From the NCBI GenBank assembly GCA_050575255.1, contig JBNZDD010013732.1, positions 8,338,990 through 8,402,989 of the forward strand: a stretch of DNA of 64,000 nucleotides, read 5' to 3'. This DNA comes from Harriotta raleighana. Lineage: Eukaryota. Below are positions 37,801-51,060 of the stretch, piece after piece; position 1 is the stretch's first letter; each line of letters begins with the position of its first letter. The translations under genes and the position numbers were made by a program. Under the pieces are notes generated by a model, which saw only the letters and a list, made by a program, of their open reading frames with translations, was not told the origin of the DNA and searched no databases.

Positions 37801-40800
37801 AAGAAAATTTTACTGTGACTCAGTGGATCCCAACTCACTGAAAGCATTAAGTCCCAGGGCTTACAGAAGGTCTAAAAGGTTAAGTACACTGCCCTGAAAT
37901 GCAAATCACACCCAGTAAATGCTGAGAGATCTGCACAGTTCCACAGCCAGAGTTCATGTATGTGTGCTTGTCATTCGGGGCTTTGCATGAGCTGAAAGCA
38001 GTACCCAGCATTTTCACTGACTCATGCTTTTAATCTGCTTTTGTACTTTTAGAAAAAAATCTAGAAAACTTTTTAATTTGAACAAAAAATTGCAATTATA
38101 CAATTTGCAATTGTAGTTATCATTTGAAACAAAACAAATCAGATCCAGTTTCTTTCAATGCTCATAACTTTGTAAGGTAACATTTTGTTATTGGGTGCAC
38201 TGTGCCTCAGCACCTCAGTCTGCCAGGAATCTGTACATGTAATGGTGCTGTACAGGGTCGCCCTGAATTCAGTGCCTTGTATTTATTGCCCACAAATCTC
38301 TATAGGCAAATCTTGCCTGCTTGCATTTGAATATAGAGTGCCATGAGTGGCATTTGGGTGCAGAACACATCACATAATCACTCATTTCCCTCTCAACCTG
38401 AGAATGGGATGTTTCTTCCTTTTGAAGGTTTATTCTCTGTGCTCTCATTCATGAAATTCAGTTTGGTATGGAACAGGTGCTTCTGACATATTTCCCATCA
38501 TGGATTGCTATCATTAATAACTAGTACCTGTGTTCGGTTCTATTAAATTTGCTCTGGGTAATAAATGCCACACAGTAGGTAACAGACAAGGTAAATCTCC
38601 CCACCGTCAAACACATGAATACAGCGAATCGTAGTAAAACAGTGACTCTTGCCCACCTAATTGTGTGTGTTTTTAACTACTACTGTCACAGCTACACACC
38701 GTACCTTGGGACGTCCTTCTGATGTGAAAGGCGCTCTATAAATGTAATTTTGTTTTTGTTGTTGTTGTTACTCTTAAGTACTTTTAGTCTGTAACGCCAT
38801 TAATTAAAAAATTTACGAATGCGCAAAATTGTGAACAATTCTTACAATTAGTCTTAATTTGGAGCCTGGTTTTCCGCAGTTCTAAGAACCTACTTAAGAG
38901 CCTAAAATCCACAAAATCAGTTCTGGGTCCACTATACAGAGGGGTGAGTTGTTTTGGTATTTCCATTCCACCTGCTCCTCCCAATTCCGTCCCCCTATCT
39001 TTCCTCTCTTGTGCTGACGTAGGAACTGGACCAACATTGAAGGAATTACTGGTGTACATTCACTTCTTGTTGACCGCAGCACCCTTGAAAAATCTCGTAT
39101 TTTTTAACTAGTTCACTGCATGCTGGCCAGGAAGTTGGGAAATGGATTTCTGAAAGGGCCTCCCTCTGGGTACAGTTCTATGGGTGTTCAGGACATTATC
39201 CAAGCATACATTCTTCATATGTGGGTCTGGAAGTAAGTGGTCATTGTCAATTTGAGTATGGAAAGTATCCCAGCTAAACTTGATCCTACCCTGACTCACC
39301 AACCATACGTGTGCATTTTCCAGCAGGGGTCACTGGATGGTGATAAATGGTAGAATGCTGGCTGATTTATTTTTTTGCCTTCCTAGCTCAGAGACACGAA
39401 GGTAAACTGTTTTAGTCTCAAGGTAGCTCCAACTGAGATCAGGTAACTCAGCAGGGAGGAAGGATTGAATCTGGGAGTTTCTTGTTCAGCACAGAACTAC
39501 CCGACAGCGCTTTGGGACGTCCTTCTGACGTGAAAGGCGCAATACAAGTGTAATTTTGTTGTTGTTGTTGACATGGCACATTTACCAAAGAAGTGAATGG
39601 TTCAAGTTCGTTCAATTTACACTTGAAAATAGTATGTCAGTTAGGACACAATCGCTAGAACCAAAGCTTTTTGTAACATTAGCAATTGACCACAAATACA
39701 TATTTAATGTATCTGGAAATTGAAATTTGTGATTACCAAAATTAGTCTGTTCAAGATTAATGGTTGAGGATTTTTTCCAAGCACAATGTGTAAAGTTTCA
39801 GCAGTTCTTACTGTGCCATGGACATGACAGGCTCAATCGTGTGAGGGCACACAGCCCAGTTTCAATATCCTCACTGGAAGCTGATGAAGTTTACCATCTG
39901 CTCGATTGGGACGCCAGCAGCCTATACTGCCAGCCATGGTGATGCCTTGTGTGTTCCTTTGAATGTCACTGTTTTGCAGCAGCCCGTTTGGCACCGACTT
40001 TTGGCTTGGTGTCATCGTTCCTAACATGTGCATTATTGGTGTTGGTGTTGGAACACTTCCTTTATTTTAAGTTAAAGAAACCTACAAAAGCCATTTTGGT
40101 GGATTGTTGGTCAATTAATGAAAAGGATATGAGATGAAAAGGACCAGCCCGGTGGTTTTCATGGCTCACGTTTGAATGCTGACACTATAGTAAGATGAAT
40201 ATCAGAATTTACTGGCTTCCCTCAATAGGCAGATTTCATTAGTTTCCAGTAAGTAAGCAGTGAGACAAGTCTGACTGTCAGTTGTCATCGAATGACTTTA
40301 GTGGCAATTATAGAATGAACCACAAAACCAGGCAAGAACATTAATAAGACAGCAGCAATGGTATCAAAAGGGGCAGGAAGGAATAATTTAAGAGATCCAA
40401 GAAAGATTTGAAAATCGTTTTGGTCACTAAATCCTTGGGCAGAAAACACATGTAATTTGTCAGGCACTTGGATCAACGGGGAGGAATTACAGGCTGCAGC
40501 ACTCTGAAAATCTCATATCTCTTTCTTTGCCAAATCACTGGTGGCCTAGACGTCTGCAAAATGGACTTCTAAAGGGCTCCAAGTTTACACTTGCTGTTCA
40601 AATTCAAGTGCTTTCGATCGGAGAAAGCCTAGAATTTCTCAGAGGAGATCACAGCTTGGGATTTAAGCGCTGACTTATTTCTGTGAAGGAGGGGGAAGAA
40701 CATGTCTCACTTCCAGTGAAGCAGAAACCTTCCATTGGCCAATCATAGATTGTGAAAATAGGCCTTTGAGGTTTGCAGTTCAGATTGTCCTCACTTCCTG

Positions 40801-41645
40801 AATGAAGAAATGCAGCAGCAAACATCTTAAGGGGATAATGGGGAGGTAGGGAAAAAAGCATGTATGCTTTAAAAGTTGGATTAAAAAAGCCAAGGTTCAT
40901 TTGGCTCATGTTGCCAGCCTATAAACGGTCTCCTTTTTGTGATGGATCTCAACATTACCTGTAAAATCTCCAACTGCTCAAACTGCACATCGTACAAATT
41001 TGATATGGTGAGAAAGCAGTCTTGAAACGCTACTGCATTTCATTCTACCTAACAAGCAGCAGATAATGTTACATATAGACCAACCAAAAGACAAACTGTG
41101 GCAGTAAATAGTGAAATTGTAATACTTCCAGGAGAGCACAATTTCAGCCCGGATTTTTCTGATATGTCCCCATTCTGCAGATTGTGACATTGTGATTGGA
41201 AAAAACCAAGAATCAGAAAACCATGCTTTCACAATCCGATTTCACTATATCACCTTGGACAATGTTTTCCCTATGGGTAAAATTGTTTCTATTTTTTCTG
41301 TAATATTTACGGTCAGCCGTACCAGTAGCATATAATGTCCCTTTGTCCCAGCATTCAACAACTTTCTTTTCAAAATAAATTAATTGTTTTAGATTATCTG
41401 AATCTATGAATATCTTGATGGAAATTTTAAACTTAAACTGTCCATGCGTCCCTCTAGGATTCTAGCCGCGCTCCCTGTTAAACTATTGGTGTAAAGGCAG
41501 ATTAGTATCAGAGAAATATTCGGGGAATATCCAAATAAATGTGTTATAAATCATAAAAGAATCTAACATGTTTACATTTTCTTTAAAAAAATCATTACAA
41601 GATTTCTACCCGTTAGTGCTTAGTTTCTCTTTTCGATTCTATAAC

Positions 41646-41653
41646 ATAAATAA
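41646..41653 (-). promoter_or_regulatory. Candidate AU-rich element in the putative WNT7B 3' UTR
   Basis: Minus strand reads TTATTTAT inside an AT-rich block about 830 nt after the stop codon. The UTR end is not determined. Confidence 0.3.
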
Positions 41654-42486
41654 ACATTTTTTTTCTTGGTGTCTTGAACGGTTCCAGTGAGACTGGACAA
41701 GAGACGCATTGAATCGTTTTGAAAGAAAAGGAGGGAACTGAACTCCCTGTCCCGCCACTTCATTCTGAACCTCAGCACATTGTTGGCGGGACGTTTGGGG
41801 GCGGTGCATCTCAGTCATTTCCAGTCTATACAGTATGTTAGCACCAAGCAAGGCTTTGCTTTGTTTCCTCCTTCACAGAGTGAGCAGTCACCTTGTGCCC
41901 CACAATTCACTGCAAATTCTTCACACAATTTTGTTTTTGTGTGCGCTTTAAAAGTATTGTCCACTTATTCCTGTGATCTGATGGTACAGGTTACATAGAA
42001 TTTCTTATGAACAATATGGGGGGTGGGGTGGGAGGCGTGGGGGAACGAGAGATGGTACAGTGCGTGGCATTCTGGGAGTTGTAGAATGGTCACTTTCAAC
42101 TTGTACCACAGATGTCAGACGAGCCGGAAAAATAGACTGCAGCTCCCAGAGTCCATGGAAATCGCTGCAGGATTCAAGTGGCACTGTTTGTATCCAATTG
42201 CATCTGACTCCAGTTTTGAGATGAATGCAAGATGGAAAAAACGTCAGCCAATCAAGATGCAACATCCTCTCAAGCAAAGGGTCATTTTATGTCATTCTTG
42301 TGGAAAAAAAAAGGTGATGTGCAAAATGATGCTGTGCTGAGATGTTTTCAAATTCCACTTATTTTTCGTTTTCTTCTTGCTTTTTTCCTCTCGGTCTGTC
42401 TGAATATGTCTGTCTGTCTGTCACTCTCTCTTTGTCTGTCCCTCATTCTCTAGGATGAAATGTCTCTATCTGTATCGGTCACTTCC

Positions 42487-42966
42487 TCATTTGCAGGTGA
42501 ACACTTCCGTCCTTTCGCTGCATGTATTGCACTTCACGAAGCAGCACCAGTGGAACTTGCAGTTGCACTGCCAGACTTTGGTGTACTGGTGGGTGTTGTA
42601 GCCCCGGCCGCAGCACATCAGGTCACAGCCATCTCCATACTGTGAAGTGCGGTTACACAACCGCCCCTGTGTCCCCACGCTCCCTGTCGAGCTGTCCTCT
42701 TCACAATAGTTTGGTGATCGTTCGATATAAACTAAATCTGTGTCCATCGGTTTTCGATAGGTCCTGGGCTTCTTGATTTTGAGAAACGTGGGCTGCCGTA
42801 GACGAGATGCTCTCACTGCCTCCACGTGAACAGCCTCATTGTATTTTTCTTTCAAAACGTACCCAATCTCTCTGAATTTGGGAAGCGTTGTCCAACACGT
42901 CTTGGTCGTACATGAACCAGAAACACCATGGCATTTGCATTCCAGCTTCATTCTTTCATCCAGGAT
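42487..42966 (-). CDS. WNT7B: Wnt-7b, last coding exon (exon 4)
   Basis: Acceptor ttttattccaacAG, then [25 protein letters not shown]...[29 protein letters not shown] (480 nt, phase 0). Wnt CKCHGxSGSC signature present; RLRQPT, GRLCNRT, YTKVWQ and EVFTCK are 7b-type. Confidence 0.96.
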   Translation of the reverse strand: MLDERMKLECKCHGVSGSCTTKTCWTTLPKFREIGYVLKEKYNEAVHVEAVRASRLRQPTFLKIKKPRTYRKPMDTDLVYIERSPNYCEEDSSTGSVGTQGRLCNRTSQYGDGCDLMCCGRGYNTHQYTKVWQCNCKFHWCCFVKCNTCSERTEVFTCK

Positions 42967-43104
42967 CTGTTGGAATAAAATAATGATAATAAATATTGTT
43001 CAGAATATTGAAACTATTCTTAACAGAATGCAAATTTTAACAATCTGGGGCCACCTCAAAGCTAATGTGCTTGATGGGTTAAATTATTTTTCTTAGCGTA
43101 GCTA

Positions 43105-43475
43105 TTCCACACCGCTGGCCAGGACTGCTTCCGCCACATCGTCTGCCTCCGACTACACCTCACCCCAAAAGCTGCAGTAATCTTTGTCCATGCCTTCATC
43201 ACCTCCAGCATCGACTACTCAAATACGTTACTCACTGGCCTCCCCTGCTCCACTATTCACAAAATTCAAAGAATTAACAACTCTGCTGTCTACATTCTTA
43301 CCCGCACTAAACTCCGTACCTCCATTATCGCAGACCTTGTCAAACTCCATTGGCTCCCTGTCACAGAGCTGATCAATTTTAAGATCCTCATTCTTGTTTT
43401 AAATCCTTGACCCCATGACAACCCCCTGTCTCTCCAACCTGCTCTCTCCCTACATTCACCACCCACTGTCCCTGC
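43105..43475 (+). mobile_element. L2 LINE ORF2 C-terminal fragment in WNT7B intron 3
   Basis: gtccatgccttcatcacctccagcatcgactactc (VHAFITSSIDYS)...ctccattggctccctgtc (LHWLPV)...atcaattttaagatcctc (INFKIL). Confidence 0.88.
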
Positions 43476-44751
43476 TCGACTGGTTGGAGTCTGGATTGCT
43501 CTGTTAATTTTCAGATGTGTGAGGTAACCAGTGCGTGTCAGTGAACAGTTCAATGGGTTATACCGGGGCACAGACAGTTGACCTGGGCATGAATCAAGCG
43601 CGTTAATTAATCTAATGTCTTCTGATCCACCAGAGGCAATGCCCTTCTTTACAGTCATGAGTCAAGAGTGAGCCACTTCCCACTCCTTTTCCACAGGCAG
43701 TTTGTAATGTTTGATTTTCCTTCTCCCATTGAAAGTTCGGATTTCTGATCCAGTTTTCAGAATGCTATTGTTTTGCTGCTCCTGTTGACAGTTTGGAATT
43801 TACTCTGAAAATATGAGGGTTCTGGTCACTTTTATTCAAACCGTTTATAATTTTTGAATTTGTTTTTCAATCCAAGGCATCTGCAACAGGAGGTCGTGAC
43901 CACTGTCAAGTCAATGGTTATACCCAACCGTACATTAATATGACCCAACATTGGGTGAAGCAAACTGATCTGAAAGCGAGAAAGCTTGGAGGTTTAAAGG
44001 ATGGGATTATACATTGATTATGACAGAAATTGGTAAAATAATAAGCAGGCTGCAATGTTTCCTTTCTCTCTTTTTCTTTTGACTACATTTTTCTTGATTG
44101 TTTTACGACCGAACAGCTACACATGCTGCTTCCCCATCCAAACTAAATAAATCCCACCCCAAATAAATACAATAGTCAAGTGCCCACTGTAAAATTATAC
44201 ATGACAGGCCTATAATGGGTGTGTAAAAATTGTATTTTTAGCTCTTTAAATGCTAGGTGGGAATGTTCAAACTTATGTGCACTTAGCTGACACAGCAACA
44301 AAAAAGTTTAAACAAACATCTGGATTTCAGCAAATTATAATTACCAAATTATGTCGCAGATCACTTCTGCTTTAACAGATAGCAACCTCCCAAAAGTTTC
44401 AAAAATGCAAAGATTTTTTTCCCAGTCATGGATCCATTCTACTGCCGTGGGACAGCAATCAGGGGCAGTTCATCATTCACCTTGCACTTCTGGAAGTTAA
44501 ACTCGCTAACCACTGCTTAGATTGGCTTATAAACTGAATAGCCAAGCCATTATTGCACAAGCTGAATTCCTGCTTGCCAAATCAGTGGTGCTAATCACAT
44601 TCCACATTTTGCTCAACAGTTCAGATCCATGACAGAGGTTATTGGCATCCAGCAACCGAACAGAGCTCTTTTGGAGTTCATTCGGCTTTTTTGTTTCGAA
44701 AATAATTTGGATAAATAATAACTTCTAATGAAAATTCAGTGTTAATATGTC

Positions 44752-44990
44752 TGGCTCAGTGTTGGCATTTTTGCCTCTGAGTCAGAAGATTGAGGGTTCG
44801 AGCCCCATGTTGGAATTTGGAATCACAAGTCGACGATGACGCTCCAAAGCAATGCTGGAGGGTTGTTGCATTGTCAGAGGTGCCTTTGGATGAGACGTTA
44901 AACTGAGGTCCAGTCTGCTTATTCAGGTGGATGCTAAAGATCCCATAGGACTGTTTGAAAAGAGAAGGGAGTTTCTCTTGAAATAATAAA
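44752..44990 (+). mobile_element. Deu-domain-type SINE, 5' part
   Basis: A box tggctcagtgttgg, B box ggttcgagccc, core ttgcattgtcagaggtgcctttggatgagacgttaaactgaggtccagtctgc...caggtggatg. Confidence 0.8.
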
Positions 44991-45732
44991 GAGCTAAATG
45001 TAAAGATTAATATTATTATCATGTACCACCCTTCAACCCTCTTTCCAGCAATATGTTAATGATCCACAAACTCCTTTGCATATGTAGTTAATAGGTTTTA
45101 GCTTTATAACATCGGCTTGGTCTGGTATGACTTTCTCTTCAATCCTGTATAGGGGCTTCCTTTGCTTGACTGGTCCACATCTGGCAAAGGGTTACTTCTG
45201 AATCACCCTGTGTTTCAGATTTTCAGCATTTGTACTGTTCCTCCGTATTTCTGCCCCACAATCCAATACTAATCAGTAACATCACCATATTTTCCTGTGG
45301 AGCAAAACGATTGCAATGGCAGTGCTGGTTCTACCAGTTGGATATTTTATCCAATCTCTTTACCAAAATCTCAAAGGATTTGCAACTCCAACATCTGGAC
45401 AGGTGCGTGCCACTCGTTCATGTATTTGTCTGTGAGCCCTCACTCCCCGCAAAAAATCCCTGCTCCACCCAGCCATCTATGTAGTATCAAAGTGCTATTG
45501 AAACCTTGTGTTGTGTAAGACTGGTATTGAGACTTTGATTTGTGAGACTGCTATTGAGACTCTGTGTGGCGTGAGATTGGAGTACAATCCTCAATTTATC
45601 TAATTTATTGGTTCGTTAGATGGACAGTAACTGCGAAGGAGGAAGCATTTGATCCCCCAACATGGAAAACAAGTGTATGCATTGGTTATGCGAAGTGTAA
45701 GTACACTGTTGATTGTAATGATGCACAGATAC

Positions 45733-46004
45733 CTTTCTGCCAGCTTCATTATTATGCAGGTTCATCAGTCTCCTGGCATTTTTCTTGATCTCTCTTGCAT
45801 CAACAAATCTCCGGGAGAACTCAATCCCATACTTGATGTCTGCTGAGCAGCCTCCCCATTTCCAGCCCTGCTCCTGGTTGTAGTAGCCTTGTTTCTCTCG
45901 GTCACACCCGCAGTTACTCAGGTTTCCCTGACTGCAGGCAGCAGTCACCGCGTGAGCTACACCGGCCGCAGTGATGGCATATGTGAATGCTGCTTCTCTG
46001 CTCC
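45733..46004 (-). CDS. WNT7B: Wnt-7b coding exon 3
   Basis: Acceptor tgtgtctccAG, then (G)[92 protein letters not shown], then donor GTatct. 272 nt, splicing in frame to exon 4. Confidence 0.96.
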
Positions 46005-48160
46005 CTGGAGACACAGAACGGCAATGTCATTATCTCAGGCAAATAAATCTTGGTATTAATATATTTGTAAGAAAGCAGAGAGACCATTTGTGGCACGTAT
46101 TCCAAGGCTGCGAAAAAAAAACATTTAACCACAGACTTAGTAAATCTAAGTTTGATGATACAGTAATAAGAGTTTCTCAATGGAGTTGCATCACAGAAGC
46201 TCCAGACATGGTTGACGCACAGGAACAGACTGATCTTCAAAATCGAGAAAAGAAACTTGTTACACATCAGCTGTCAGCAGCCTGCTATTTAATTCATTGG
46301 ATTATTGTATCTATTTTTCCTTATTCTGATGAATCTCTTACATTATCTGCGATTGAACAGATTGTCAGAGCACCTGCTTTGTTCAAGTGAAACACATTCA
46401 TATTTGTTTCTCACTGTGGAGAAATGTCTCGATCCGAGCTTCATAATCTGCCAAGCAACCTCTCCATTTCCGTCCCTCATCCTGCTTTTTCTAGCCCTGT
46501 TTCTCTCGGAAAGGAACACAGTGTCAGCAGAGTGCAGGGCAGTCCAAGGTGGTCCATCTACTGGCACTGGGTATGGGACAGAACTCTGCTCCACCATTTA
46601 TTTCAGTTCAGTATTGAAATCATTAGGATTTGAAAATATTGCTCATCTTTAACCATTGTCACTCCTCCCTTTGACTCATTAAATTACCATGAGGTTGTTT
46701 TCAATTTATTGCTGTGAAATACACCAAACGCTTGAAACTCTCAAACACCTTTAAAGGAGCTTGTGCTCGGCACAGAATGCAGCAACATAGAACTCAGGTT
46801 AATGTGAACAGCAATAACATTTGTTTTGATTGCCAACGTTTGAGATAGCTTCCCTATAACCAAAAATCCATAGCACCTCACCTTGCTTTTCTGTACCCAT
46901 GCGGTAAGAATTTAAGAACACATAGAACAAGAAAAGATCATTCCGCTCAGTGAACCACAAATGAGGAAAAGTTCTGGACAATTATTTTGCAATTCCCCCC
47001 AAAGGTTATCAAGCAAGGCTACAGACTAATTATTTGTTCATTTATTTATGGTATTGAATTGGCTTGTTGGTCTCCATTAATTGACATTTGTTTCATCCCC
47101 TTCTTCTCATCCAAGGATCACGGAAACAATCATATCTCATTGTCCAAATTAGAAGATCAATTGGCCTGAAATGCCTTGTTGTGATGTAAGGGGGAGAATG
47201 GAGGGCATGGGGTGGAGTGTTCTGATAGCCATAGAACCCTTTGCATGAAGTTGTTGTCCTTTCCAGTTCTCAGCACGAGATAAAGTATACCTGATCATTA
47301 ATAGTTTCTTTCTTTTAAAATTAAAATTCTCATAATGTTACAGAAAGATCCATTTACTGCACAAATATGTTTTGAAGGTGAGAAATATGTGATGTTTCCT
47401 TGGTTTATGCACCGTCAGAGAAGATGGGAGGCAGTTTACTCCCAGATTTAACCACGGCTGCTCTGAACCAGCTTCCAGGCAAACAACTGTGCTCTATGGA
47501 AGACTTCCAGACTTTTTCTTCCCTGTCCCTGCCATTACATTGCAGATACCACTGTTGCCTATACACATCCCACTACCTAATCCCCAAACAATTGTAAACC
47601 GCTCAGTCCTGTTACTTCTTTATAATTTCACTCATAGGTCAGTAATTTTTGCCTTCAACAACAACAACAACTTCGATTTATATAGCACCCTTCAGAGCAC
47701 TTAATGAATCCCCTAGCTGCCTCTTATTTTCCATTGTTCATTGCACATTGAGGATACTTTATGATACTGAGTGAAAATCAACTTGCTGCCAGATATCCAT
47801 TATTCTTAATCTAACGTACAATCTGTTCATTTTTTGCAATTGCTATGGAATGTTTCCTATCCACCATGTGCTGCTATTCTCCCCAGGTTTAAATGCACTG
47901 TCCACATCCAGAGCCACACATACAGCACAGCATCATCTATTGTTTCAATCAGCACAAGTCATTTAACATGCTATTTTGCACAGGAATTTTCTACCCTTGT
48001 GTTTTGTGGAACGGTATGTATTCACACATCTGAACTTCCTTAGTACCTTCTCAAATCTCAGTCCTGATAGGGTCAGCTGTATAACACTGTATTATACTCA
48101 ATTCCTTGATCCCTGGCCATAGCAATGAATCAGGGGAGTTATATAAATTAAGTATGGTGC

Positions 48161-48201
48161 GCATAGATTGGGAAGTTGTAGATCAACTTCCCAATCTATG
48201 C
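48161..48201. repeat. Perfect 18-bp inverted repeat with 5-nt loop
   Basis: GCATAGATTGGGAAGTTG-tagat-CAACTTCCCAATCTATGC. Confidence 0.97.
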
Positions 48202-49344
48202 CAAATAAAATGATCTAAGCCAAGACAACAGTTAAGCAATTAGCATACTTGACAATGGAGCTGAGAGACAGCTTGGATCACTAATTATTGAACCCAGCTA
48301 GGAAGCACACATGATTGAATATGAGATCAGGACAGCATTGAACTCAGCAGACAAGACATCCACAGAGAAACTTCCTGCCCACCATCTTGGGTCACAAGAT
48401 GAAGAAGGTATTTGAGCCAAACAGTGCATGAGAGATCATACTGCAGCATGGGTCAGTGCATACAGGAAGAAAAGTGCCAGAGCAAAAGCAAAATTGGCAG
48501 CAATGAATGTGCTTTTGGACTCCAGCAACAGTTTTGCGCATATTAGTGAGGAGTTGCTTATTCTTATTCTCACCTATGCAGCCAAAACGACTGTAGTTCC
48601 TGAATAAAAGAAAATGGAAATATGTACAATTTTCCTGCGGGAATAGGTTATGAAATCTGCCAGATGTAACTGCAATATCTAATACTGTAATTCTGGAATG
48701 CAAACAACAGATAGGAATCGATTCAGATCTCATCATCCCAAGCTACATACAAGATCATAGCTGCATTTAAAAAAAAGTACAGCCTGAAGGTAACACCTTG
48801 AAGAGCAGAATAAAAGATGTGATCAAACTAAGATTGACAAAGCACAATAAATGTAGAAGTGACCTCTGATTCCATGAGTTTCTGCTCCTCCATTTGGTAT
48901 CTGCAGCACTAGATGCTTCAGCTCAGATCTTGTGGCTGTGGGTGAACAGTATAATACTACCTTCCAGTCATTATGGGAAGGAGTATCAACATTGAGGTAA
49001 GTACCTACAAATGTGGCATCACATTACATGTTAAACTGTTCCTAAAGCCACAAGTCTAAATTCCATTTTTTATAGTCGAAGCTTTGTATTCCGAACACCA
49101 AAGAAAACCCAAAAACAATCTCCTGTAGAACAGAACATCAGGGAAATGAGAAGTGTGTTTCCTTTACGGAAAAATAATAAGTAAAAAACAGTAACATTCC
49201 TCCAACGCAAGAGAAAAACAGTAACATTCTCCCTTGGAGGATAACACCAAAGGAAACCAACTTCAGAGAAAAGCAACTTCTGAGATCTCTCACAAACTAG
49301 AGAAAGCCAGTTAAATGATCTCACAGTAAGCACTGCACACTGCA

Positions 49345-49650
49345 GTTTTGGAGGAGCACTGCGTTATCAGAGGTGCCATCCTTCGAATGAGACATTAAAC
49401 TGAGGTCCTGTCTGCCTATTCAGGTGACATACATTTGAAAAGAAAGGGGAGTTTTTCCCGGTGTCCTGGCCACCTATTCCCCAGATAAAGTTGGTTATTT
49501 ACTTCATGGCTGTTGTGGAACATTGCTGTGCACAAATCAATGTCATTTTCACCTACAAAATACACAGTCACTATACGTAACAGTAAATATGAAGCACTTT
49601 GAGATTGTCTCAGAACATGAAGGATGCTCTATCAAATGCAAAGATTATTG
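49345..49650 (+). mobile_element. Deu-domain-type SINE, core and tail
   Basis: cagaggtgccatccttcgaatgagacattaaactgaggtcctgtctgcc...cccggtgtcctggcc...ctatcaaatgcaaagattatt. Confidence 0.8.
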
Positions 49651-50819
49651 TAACCCTGGAAAAAATCATACAAGAGAAAACAGGCACAGCAGGGATTTCT
49701 TTTAGACAATAACACAAGAGAAAAATAACATCAAAAAACTTCAATAGATCATAGCATAAGAGAAAAAAGGTCTCCAAAAAACCATAACATCAGAGAAAAA
49801 CAGCAACAATTATAAACAATAATTAATAAAACCAAAACATTCCCCTACACGATTGGAAAACTGGGCCAGTCAACAACTTTCAAATAAAGGAATCCCACCA
49901 AAATGCTCTCGTACAGTATTATAAAACTGTAAAAACAAAGATAGCCAATGACTTCCCGTATCATGGAGTACAATAGTTATATGTATCTCTGTTCTGGGAT
50001 GTCCTCCCGACATGAAAGGCACTGTACAAATGTAATTTTGTTGTTGTAAAAAAAGTACACGTTTTGGATTGCTGACATGCCTCTAAAATCAATATCACTG
50101 AATAGATACAACAAAAACAACAACAATATTACATTTGTATGTTTCAAATCAGGAGGACGTCCCAAGGCACTGGAATTTATGCAGAGAAGCTGATCATTTA
50201 TCTGTTAGCGATAGTCACAATGACGGGTGACATGCTTAGTAATCTAAAATTAGATTCTGCTACCTTACTGAACTCATTTCCTTTAAATGTGGGTTTTGTG
50301 CACCAAGGCAGGAAATTCAATTGTCTACATAATAAAAGTCACTACACATCATACAGTAGTACTGTATAACCTATTGTGTGAAATACTTTGCAATTATGAT
50401 ATGAAATTACTGTAATAAAATGCTCTATCAAATGGAATTCTTAGTAATGTTACACTTGGGCTAACTTTTGTTAATACATTTATATTTTGATTTGATTTTC
50501 AGCTTCCAATGAATAATCAACAAGAGCAGATTAAAAGGTAGGCGGTACCTCAACAGCGAGGAGATTGGATGTTGTTGCTTCTGTTTCTATTCCATGGGTG
50601 CCTCCCCCTCTGCCTTTCAAAGATTGCCAGCAATCATGCCCTTCATCTTCAAAAACTTTTAAAACACACTTGGGCCTTTTCATAACCCAAATCCCACAAC
50701 AGTTGACTAATCCCACAGTAGAGGGAGCTACCCTGTGTGTATTTATGCAAGGACCTCATATCAATAATATTATTATTAATGTTTCCTTTACTATAAAATA
50801 GATAACTAGAAATCATAAT

Positions 50820-51060
50820 ATAAATACAGTAGTAATACTTTTCATGTGGCGTCCTATCACACTTTTTCGAGATGTCTCAAAGCACTTCACTGGATTTAAC
50901 TCATCAATGTCACAATCTACACCAATGTCCCACAAACAGCCACAAAGGTGAAGTAAATTGGTGAAGTGAAGTGACCAATTTTTTTTTAGGGGGGATTGGT
51001 TGGCCAGGACACTGGGAAAAACTCTCTTCTCTTTTCAAATAGTGCCATGGGATCTTTTGT
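50820..51060 (-). mobile_element. Deu-domain-type SINE fragment
   Basis: ttggccaggacactgggaaaaactc...caaatagtgccatgggatcttt plus tail gatgtctcaaagcacttcac. Confidence 0.7.

Larger units (their letters stand above)
42967..45732 (-). other. WNT7B: WNT7B intron 3 (2766 nt, GT-AG)
   Basis: Bounded by the donor after ...GRK and the acceptor before ILDERM; contains L2 and SINE fragments. Confidence 0.92.

Noticed and set aside
39703-40066. WNT7B polyadenylation signals on the minus strand (AATAAA about 40061-40066, ATTAAA about 39703-39708)
   Set aside because: Plausible but unsupported without 3'-end data.
45724-45732. WNT7B exon 3 donor GTATCTGTG as a second U12 intron
   Set aside because: It departs from GTATCCTT after +5, and the matching acceptor has a normal pyrimidine tract with no TTCCTTAA branch; treated as U2-type.
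45616-46014. 132-aa ORF as a standalone truncated Wnt
   Set aside because: It is exon 3 plus intronic read-through on both sides; canonical splice sites delimit the homologous part.
48200-48960. Possible very old LINE ORF2 remnant
   Set aside because: Only vague compositional resemblance; no motif I can defend.
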